Source: Trichodesmium erythraeum IMS101 (GTDB taxonomy: Bacteria > Cyanobacteriota > Cyanobacteriia > Cyanobacteriales > Microcoleaceae). Taken from it: a DNA stretch of 32,000 nucleotides. The DNA is taken from positions 2,190,001 to 2,222,000 of the forward strand of contig NC_008312.1 in NCBI RefSeq assembly GCF_000014265.1, read 5' to 3'. Position numbers and translations under genes: made by a program. Below, piece after piece: positions 28,401 to 32,000 of this stretch. Position 1 is the stretch's first letter, and every line of letters begins with the position of its first letter. The notes below the pieces were generated by a model. That model did no database searches. It was not told the DNA's origin and was given only the letters and a program-made list of their open reading frames with translations.

Positions 28401-30226
28401 AATTAGTGAATGTACTCGCCAAATTTGCCACATCTAAAAATCAGTCTCTAAAAAATAGAACTACCAAAAGAAATTCTCCTAAAAATTCTGAGAACTTAAC
28501 TACTACTGAGACTATCTGTAGAAAAAATATTCTGGCAAATATGGAGAACCTTCCATCAGACAATCAAAATTTTGACTCCGAAAAATTAGATTTACCTCAA
28601 CCCCATAATTCCGGAAATCAGGAATTAGAAAATCATCTAATTTTCTGGGATGAATTAGTGAATGTACTCGCCAAATTTGCCACATCTAAAAATCAGTCTC
28701 TAAAAAATAGAACTACCAAAAGAAATTCTCCTAAAAATTCTGAGAACTTAACTACTACTGAGACTATCTGTAGAAAAAATATTCTGGCAAATATGGAGAA
28801 CCTTCCATCAGACAATCAAAATTTTGACTCCGAAAAATTAGATTTACCTCAACCCCATAATTCTGGAACTCAGGAATTAGAAAATAGCGATATTTTCTGG
28901 GATAAAATTGTTTCTATAGAACCAGTAGGAGAAAAGCAAGTATATGATCTGACTGTGCCAGAAACTCATAATTTTGTAGCTAATGATATTTGCCTACATA
29001 ATACTAGCTTCGCTGTGAATATTGCTCATAGTATTGCAGCTAATCTAAAGTTGCCAATTGCTATTTTTAGTTTGGAAATGTCTAAGGAACAATTGGTATT
29101 AAGACTATTAGCTAGTGAGGCAAGAATTGAAAGTAATAGGTTACGAGCTGGGCGTATTAGTCAGAATGAATGGGAACCTTTAACTTCAGCTATTACTAAT
29201 CTTTCTGAAATGCCAATTTTTATTGATGATACTCCTAATATTACTGTTAATGAAATTCGTTCAAAAACTAGACAACTTCAGAGTGAACAAGGTGGGAAAT
29301 TAGGATTAATTTTATTAGATTATTTACAGTTAATGGAGGGAAATAATAGTGATAATAGAGTTTTAGAGTTAGCAAGAATAACTAGGAATTTGAAGGGTTT
29401 AGCACGGGAACTTTCGGTGCCTATTATTGCTTTATCTCAACTTAGTAGAAGTGTAGAAGCTCGAACTAATAAAAGACCGATGATGTCTGACTTGAGAGAG
29501 TCTGGTTGTTTGACTGGGGAAAGTCTAATTTGTTTAGCTGATGGTAAGAAAATTCCTATTTCTTGTCTGGTTGGTAATTCTAATTTTGCTGTTTTGGCTT
29601 TGAATGAAAATACTTGGAAATTTGAGTCGGCGATGGTCAGTCGAGTATTTTCTACTGGGGTTAAACCTATCTTTTCTCTGCAAACTTCTTCAGGAAAATT
29701 GATTAGGGCAACGGCTAATCATCCTTTCTTTTCTATGGGGGGTTGGAAACAATTAAATACTCTGAATATTGGGGATTCTCTTGCTATTTTGAACCAAAAA
29801 ATGCTTAAATGTTCAATATTGTATGATGGTCATTTTTTGTCTCAAAGTGATTTTGGGCCAAAATATGGTAGAAATTTAGGGTCTATAGTTAAGTCTCATG
29901 AGTGGGAAAAGTCTACTGAAATTGATGTAGAATGGGATGAAATTGTCGAAATAATGCCTCATGGAGAGGCGGAGGTTTTTGATTTAACTGTGCCTGGTCT
30001 GCATAATTTTGTGGCAAATGAGATTGTTGTTCATAACTCTATTGAACAGGATGCCGATCTAGTTATTATGCTTTATCGAGATGAGTATTATTCCCCAGAT
30101 ACTCCCGACCAAGGTATTGCTGAGGTTATTATTACTAAGCATCGGAATGGTCCGACTGGTACGGTTAAGTTATTGTTTGACCCTCAGTTTACTAAGTTTA
30201 GAAATTTGGCGGTTGATAAAAGATAA
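22409..30226 (+). CDS. dnaB: Replicative DNA helicase DnaB precursor carrying two inteins
   Basis: The exteins are 22409-23044 (212 aa), 29003-29506 (168 aa) and 30038-30223 (62 aa), totalling 442 aa. The N-terminus LPPQNIESEEAILGGILLDPEAI is canonical DnaB. After splicing the Walker A reads GRPSMGK-TSFAV, Walker B is LILLDYLQLM, and there are also LARELSVPIIALSQLSR and RESG-SIEQDADLVIMLYRDEYY. All junction coordinates were checked to be in frame with 22409. Confidence 0.95.
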   Translation: MQSDRLPPQNIESEEAILGGILLDPEAINRVTELLHPEFFAIQAHQIIYKAMCQLYSQGKPTDLMTVTSWLSDHNQLEKIGGRVKIVQLLERTVSAVNIDQYAALVLDKYIRRKLIQAGNEIFDLGFQTATKLEIILDQAEQKIFALTQDKPQQDLVPISETLINTFQEIEDRNEGVALPGLPCGFYDLDAMTGGFQRSDLIIVAGRPSMGKCAAYDTLVLQKDGSLVTLAEVYKRQEIELLTLGKNSKFYLTKPSAFIDDGIKPIFRVTTKLGRFVETTITHPFLTVNGWKPLSKLQVGEKIAVPRRLNIFGNETISESKFSSLINFDNLYLFPLVFQLERSQLALFIRYLFSLDGWVKIYQNKIVCFGYSTVSEKLIRQIQHILLRFGIVSGIEKFEEKRTEKIKVVKEVKSQRSHREEFTFATYRNCYCDGKWHLTITDALSQKNLMEDIGGFDSKNFYLFDLLQPHNSGNQELENHLIFWDELVNVLAKFAASKNQSLKNRTAKGKSPKNSENLTTTETICRKNILANMENLPSDNQNFDSEKLDLSQPHNSGNQELENHLIFWDELVNVLAKFATSKNQSLKNRTTKRNSPKNSENLTTTETICRKNILANMENLPSDNQNFDSEKLDLPQPHNSGNQELENHLIFWDELVNVLAKFAASKNQSLKNRTTKRNSPKNSENLTTTETICRKNILANMENLPSDNQNFDSEKLDLPQPHNSGNQELENHLIFWDELVNVLAKFATSKNQSLKNRTTKRNSPKNSENLTTTETICRKNILANMENLPSDNQNFDSEKLDLSQPHNSGTQELENHLIFWDELVNVLAKFAASKNQSLKNRTAKGKSPKNSENLTTTETICRKNILANMENLPSDNQNFDSEKLDLSQPHNSGNQELENHLIFWDELVNVLAKFATSKNQSLKNRTTKRNSPKNSENLTTTETICRKNILANMENLPSDNQNFDSEKLDLPQPHNSGNQELENHLIFWDELVNVLAKFATSKNQSLKNRTTKRNSPKNSENLTTTETICRKNILANMENLPSDNQNFDSEKLDLPQPHNSGNQELENHLIFWDELVNVLAKFATSKNQSLKNRTTKRNSPKNSENLTTTETICRKNILANMENLPSDNQNFDSEKLDLPQPHNSGNQELENHLIFWDELVNVLAKFATSKNQSLKNRTTKRNSPKNSENLTTTETICRKNILANMENLPSDNQNFDSEKLDLPQPHNSGNQELENHLIFWDELVNVLAKFATSKNQSLKNRTTKRNSPKNSENLTTTETICRKNILANMENLPSDNQNFDSEKLDLSQPHNSGTQELENHLIFWDELVNVLAKFAASKNQSLKNRTTKRNSPKNSENLTTTETICRKNILANMENLPSDNQNFDSEKLDLPQPHNSGTQELENHLIFWDELVNVLAKFAASKNQSLKNRTTKRNSPKNSENLTTTETICRKNILANMENLPSDNQNFDSEKLDLPQPHNSGNQELENHLIFWDELVNVLAKFAASKNQSLKNRTTKRNSPKNSENLTTTETICRKNILANMENLPSDNQNFDSEKLDLPQPHNSGNQELENHLIFWDELVNVLAKFATSKNQSLKNRTTKRNSPKNSENLTTTETICRKNILANMENLPSDNQNFDSEKLDLPQPHNSGNQELENHLIFWDELVNVLAKFATSKNQSLKNRTAKGKSPKNSENLTTTETICRKNILANMENLPSDNQNFDSEKLDLPQPHNSGNQELENHLIFWDELVNVLAKFATSKNQSLKNRTTKRNSPKNSENLTTTETICRKNILANMENLPSDNQNFDSEKLDLPQPHNSGNQELENHLIFWDELVNVLAKFATSKNQSLKNRTTKRNSPKNSENLTTTETICRKNILANMENLPSDNQNFDSEKLDLPQPHNSGNQELENHLIFWDELVNVLAKFATSKNQSLKNRTAKGKSPKNSENLTTTETICRKNILANMENLPSDNQNFDSEKLDLPQPHNSGNQELENHLIFWDELVNVLAKFATSKNQSLKNRTTKRNSPKNSENLTTTETICRKNILANMENLPSDNQNFDSEKLDLPQPHNSGNQELENHLIFWDELVNVLAKFATSKNQSLKNRTTKRNSPKNSENLTTTETICRKNILANMENLPSDNQNFDSEKLDLPQPHNSGTQELENSDIFWDKIVSIEPVGEKQVYDLTVPETHNFVANDICLHNTSFAVNIAHSIAANLKLPIAIFSLEMSKEQLVLRLLASEARIESNRLRAGRISQNEWEPLTSAITNLSEMPIFIDDTPNITVNEIRSKTRQLQSEQGGKLGLILLDYLQLMEGNNSDNRVLELARITRNLKGLARELSVPIIALSQLSRSVEARTNKRPMMSDLRESGCLTGESLICLADGKKIPISCLVGNSNFAVLALNENTWKFESAMVSRVFSTGVKPIFSLQTSSGKLIRATANHPFFSMGGWKQLNTLNIGDSLAILNQKMLKCSILYDGHFLSQSDFGPKYGRNLGSIVKSHEWEKSTEIDVEWDEIVEIMPHGEAEVFDLTVPGLHNFVANEIVVHNSIEQDADLVIMLYRDEYYSPDTPDQGIAEVIITKHRNGPTGTVKLLFDPQFTKFRNLAVDKR
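23340..23808 (+). other. Partial LAGLIDADG-type homing-endonuclease remnant within intein 1
   Basis: There is a single LAGLIDADG-like motif, LALFIRYLFSLDGWV (about 23440-23490). It is followed by YSTVSEKLIRQIQHILLRFGIVSGI and WHLTITD...NLMEDIGG. No second LAGLIDADG motif is visible before the repeat array starts. Confidence 0.5.
23811..28850 (+). repeat. 20 tandem copies of a 252-bp (84-codon) unit, in frame inside intein 1
   Basis: AACCCCATAA recurs at 23811, 24063, 24315, 24567 ... 28851, and 28851-23811 = 5040 = 20 x 252. The unit peptide is QPHNSGNQELENHLIFWDELVNVLAKFATSKNQSLKNRTTKRNSPKNSENLTTTETICRKNILANMENLPSDNQNFDSEKLDLP. Units differ at only four small polymorphic blocks. Degenerate homology continues into both flanks (about 23776-23810 and 28851-28915). 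Confidence 0.97.
29507..30037 (+). mobile_element. Intein 2 (177-aa mini-intein, no endonuclease domain) at the RESG/SIEQDAD site of DnaB
   Basis: It starts CLTGESLICLADGKKI, has a TxxH-like ATANHPFFSMGGW and ends VFDLTVPGLHNFVANEIVVHN/S. The flanking exteins rejoin as DLRESG-SIEQDADL. I recall the Synechocystis DnaB mini-intein using the same position. Confidence 0.9.
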
Positions 30227-30270
30227 GCTATCAGCGGTCAGCTTTAGGTTAGAGCGATCGCTCAATCCAT

Positions 30271-31520
30271 AATATTTTCATTTTGGGAAGCTCTTTAAAT
30301 GGTTGTTTTTCCCTTATTAATTTTTTTATCCATCCTGACTCAATGAACAGCCACAAATATTTTCATTCTGTGGAGCTCCGAGAAAAACAGCGGGTCAAAA
30401 TATTTTCCTCCCCATTCTCAGATTTTTTGTGATATTATTAATGTTATAGGGGGTTACTTGCCTATATGCATGACTTTTTGTTCAACAAAATAAGTTTCCA
30501 GGCGATCGCCTTTTCAGTTATTAGCTATCAGCTAAAAAAAATCAAATAATTAATTGTAGGCTGGGTTGAACCAAGTGATACCCAACAGAACCATAATTTC
30601 GAGTCATAGAAAAGTTGGAGATACTTAAGAGTCAAAAAAAACACTAAGATTTTCATTCTGTGGAGCTCCGAGAAAAACAGCGGGTCAAAATATTTTCCTC
30701 CCCATTCTCAGATTTTTTGTGATATTATTAATGTTATAGGGGGTTACTCGCCTATATACATGACTTTTTGTTCAACAAAATAAGTTTCCAGGCGATCGCC
30801 TTTTCAGTTATTAGCTATCAGCTAAAAAAAATCAAATAATTAATTGTAGGCTGGGTTGAACCAAGTGATACCCAACAGAACCATAATTTCGAGTCATAGA
30901 AAAGTTGGAGATACTTAAGAGTCAAAAAAAACACCAAGATTTTCATTCTGTGGAGCTCCAAGAAAAACAGCGGGTCAAAATATTTTCCTCCCCATTCTCA
31001 GATTTTTTGTGATATTATTAATGTTATAGGGGCTTACTTGCCTATATGCATGACTTTTTGTTCAACAAAATAAGTTTCCAGGCGATCGCCTTTTCAGTTA
31101 TTAGTTATCAGCTAAAAAAAACAAATAATTGTAGGCTGGGTTGAACCAAGTGATACCCAACAGAACCATAATTTCGAGTCATAGAAAAGTTGGAGATACT
31201 TAAGAGTCAAAAAAAAACACCAAGATTTTCATTCTGTGGAGCTCCAAGAAAAACAGCGGGTCAAAATATTTTCCTCCCCATTCTCAGATTTTTTGTGATA
31301 TTATTAATGTTATAGGGGCTTACTTGCCTATATGCATGACTTTTTGTTCAACAAAATAAGTTTCCAGGCGATCGCCTTTTGAGTTATTAGTTATCAGCTT
31401 TCTACTTAAATTACGAATATCTAAAGGATGAAATATGACAGAGCGATCGCTGCTTTCATACATAAAAAAATCGGATAATTGTAGGTTGAGTTGAAGAAAG
31501 TGAAGCCCAACAAAATTGAT
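30271..31520. repeat. Non-coding tandem array of a ~290-bp unit (3 full and 1 partly diverged copy, plus degenerate flanking fragments)
   Basis: TTTCATTCTGTGGAGCTCC starts at 30361, 30651, 30941 and 31227, giving periods of 290, 290 and 286 bp. The copies are nearly identical with a handful of SNPs and small indels. A degenerate partial copy lies at about 30271-30360, and the last unit diverges after about 31400 with a recognisable tail to about 31520. No ORF of 60 aa or more occurs in any frame. Confidence 0.9.
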
Positions 31521-31743
31521 GAATATTTTCAGTCTTATATCTACACATTGAAAGTTAAAATATGAGAAAAGGAAAGAGTAAGATATAAAGATATAAATAG
31601 CGATCGGCTCTTCAATATTTTGATAAAGTAAGTTAAATCAAGCAATATTTTCATCCGGAGTAATTTCAGCTTTTGAACTTTAATATTTATTCTATTTTCA
31701 GATTTAGAATAATTGTTTAGTTACTAATCTTCAGCAGCTAAAT

Positions 31744-31944
31744 CTATTGAGCTTTGCTAAATTCCGAGAAATATTTATTATATTTTAAAATATTCTTCAT
31801 CTTCTTAAGAGGATTATGAACTTTGCGTTCTAAATTTTGTGCGTAAATCCACAAAATTGAGGAAACAATTAACATAATTGCCCAGATTAATAAGGTTGTT
31901 TTCCAAGGGAAAGAAAACGTTAATAACCCATAAAATAGCAACAT
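31744..31944 (-). CDS. Possible small two-helix membrane protein
   Basis: 66-aa ORF with two hydrophobic stretches (LLFYGLLTFSF, TTLLIWAIMLIVSSILWIY) followed by a basic tail. There is no clear RBS and no homology is recognised. Confidence 0.3.
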   Translation of the reverse strand: MLLFYGLLTFSFPWKTTLLIWAIMLIVSSILWIYAQNLERKVHNPLKKMKNILKYNKYFSEFSKAQ

Positions 31945-32000
31945 ATATCCATTTAATCTAAATATTAATCTAAATAGTTCTAACAGACTGTTGACAGCAT

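Larger units (their letters stand above)
23045..29002 (+). mobile_element. Intein 1 (1,986 aa) inserted in the DnaB P-loop between GK and T
   Basis: It starts with Cys1 (CAAYDTLVLQKDGSLVTL), has a TxxH block (TITHPFLTVNGW) and ends VYDLTVPETHNFVANDICLHN. It is followed by the +1 Thr of extein TSFAV. These are class-1 intein signatures. Confidence 0.9.

Noticed and set aside
23811-28850. The 252-bp array, and the 290-bp array at 30271-31520, as CRISPR loci
   Set aside because: The units are contiguous with no unique spacers and are far longer than CRISPR repeats. The 252-bp units lie in frame inside a protein-coding intein. No cas genes are present in the window.
23811-28850. A hidden gene in another frame or strand of the 252-bp repeat
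   Set aside because: The six-frame track shows no other ORF of 60 aa or more across the array. A frame open through one unit would have produced a multi-kb ORF.
22409-30226. The 2,605-aa ORF as a giant repeat adhesin, or dnaB as a pseudogene disrupted by insertions
   Set aside because: Both insertions have canonical intein termini (Cys1 ... HN followed by Thr/Ser +1). Removing them restores uninterrupted DnaB motifs (GRPSMGK-T and RESG-SIEQDAD) and a normal 442-aa length.
30361-30380. The 290-bp array or the dnaB surroundings as a replication origin with DnaA boxes
   Set aside because: I found no TTATCCACA/TTTTCCACA-type box in the units. CTGTGGAGC is a poor match, and the closest hit elsewhere (AAATCCACA near 31846) is isolated.
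30560-30594. A conserved stem-loop in the TGTAGGCTGGGTTGAA...CCCAACAG module
   Set aside because: Only a 5-bp stem (TGGGT/ACCCA) can form. The diverged copy at about 31478-31511 changes stem positions without compensation, so I cannot support an RNA structure claim from this window.
1-32000. tRNA, rRNA, tmRNA or riboswitch genes
   Set aside because: A scan by eye for T-loop (GGTTCRANYC) and other hallmark motifs in the intergenic regions found nothing convincing. This is a weak negative that tRNAscan-SE or Infernal should confirm.

Overview
This is a low-GC cyanobacterial chromosome segment with about a dozen HIP1 (GCGATCGC) sites. It looks most like a Trichodesmium-type filamentous marine cyanobacterium; that is an inference, not a database hit. 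Housekeeping genes (thrS, rplI, dnaB) sit among orphan substrate-binding proteins, a ParE/RelE toxin-antitoxin pair, a large WGR-domain protein, a DUF4347/FG-GAP surface protein and long AT-rich spacers of 0.5-1.5 kb. The dominant feature is dnaB (22409..30226). Its 2,605-codon ORF encodes only about 442 aa of helicase, which is interrupted by two inteins. Intein 1 (23045..29002, 1,986 aa) splits the Walker-A loop and contains 20 nearly identical in-frame 252-bp (84-aa) tandem repeats. Intein 2 (29507..30037, 177 aa) is a mini-intein at the RESG/SIEQDAD motif. Two further unrelated large tandem repeats flank dnaB. One is a 351-bp duplication inside a triple PPC-domain gene that sits between rplI and dnaB. 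The other is a non-coding 290-bp array of at least 4 copies just downstream of dnaB. I found no tRNA, rRNA or CRISPR locus. From memory, a repeat-harbouring DnaB intein has been reported in Trichodesmium erythraeum, so the existence of the top finding may not be new, but nothing in the sequence explains its function or dynamics.
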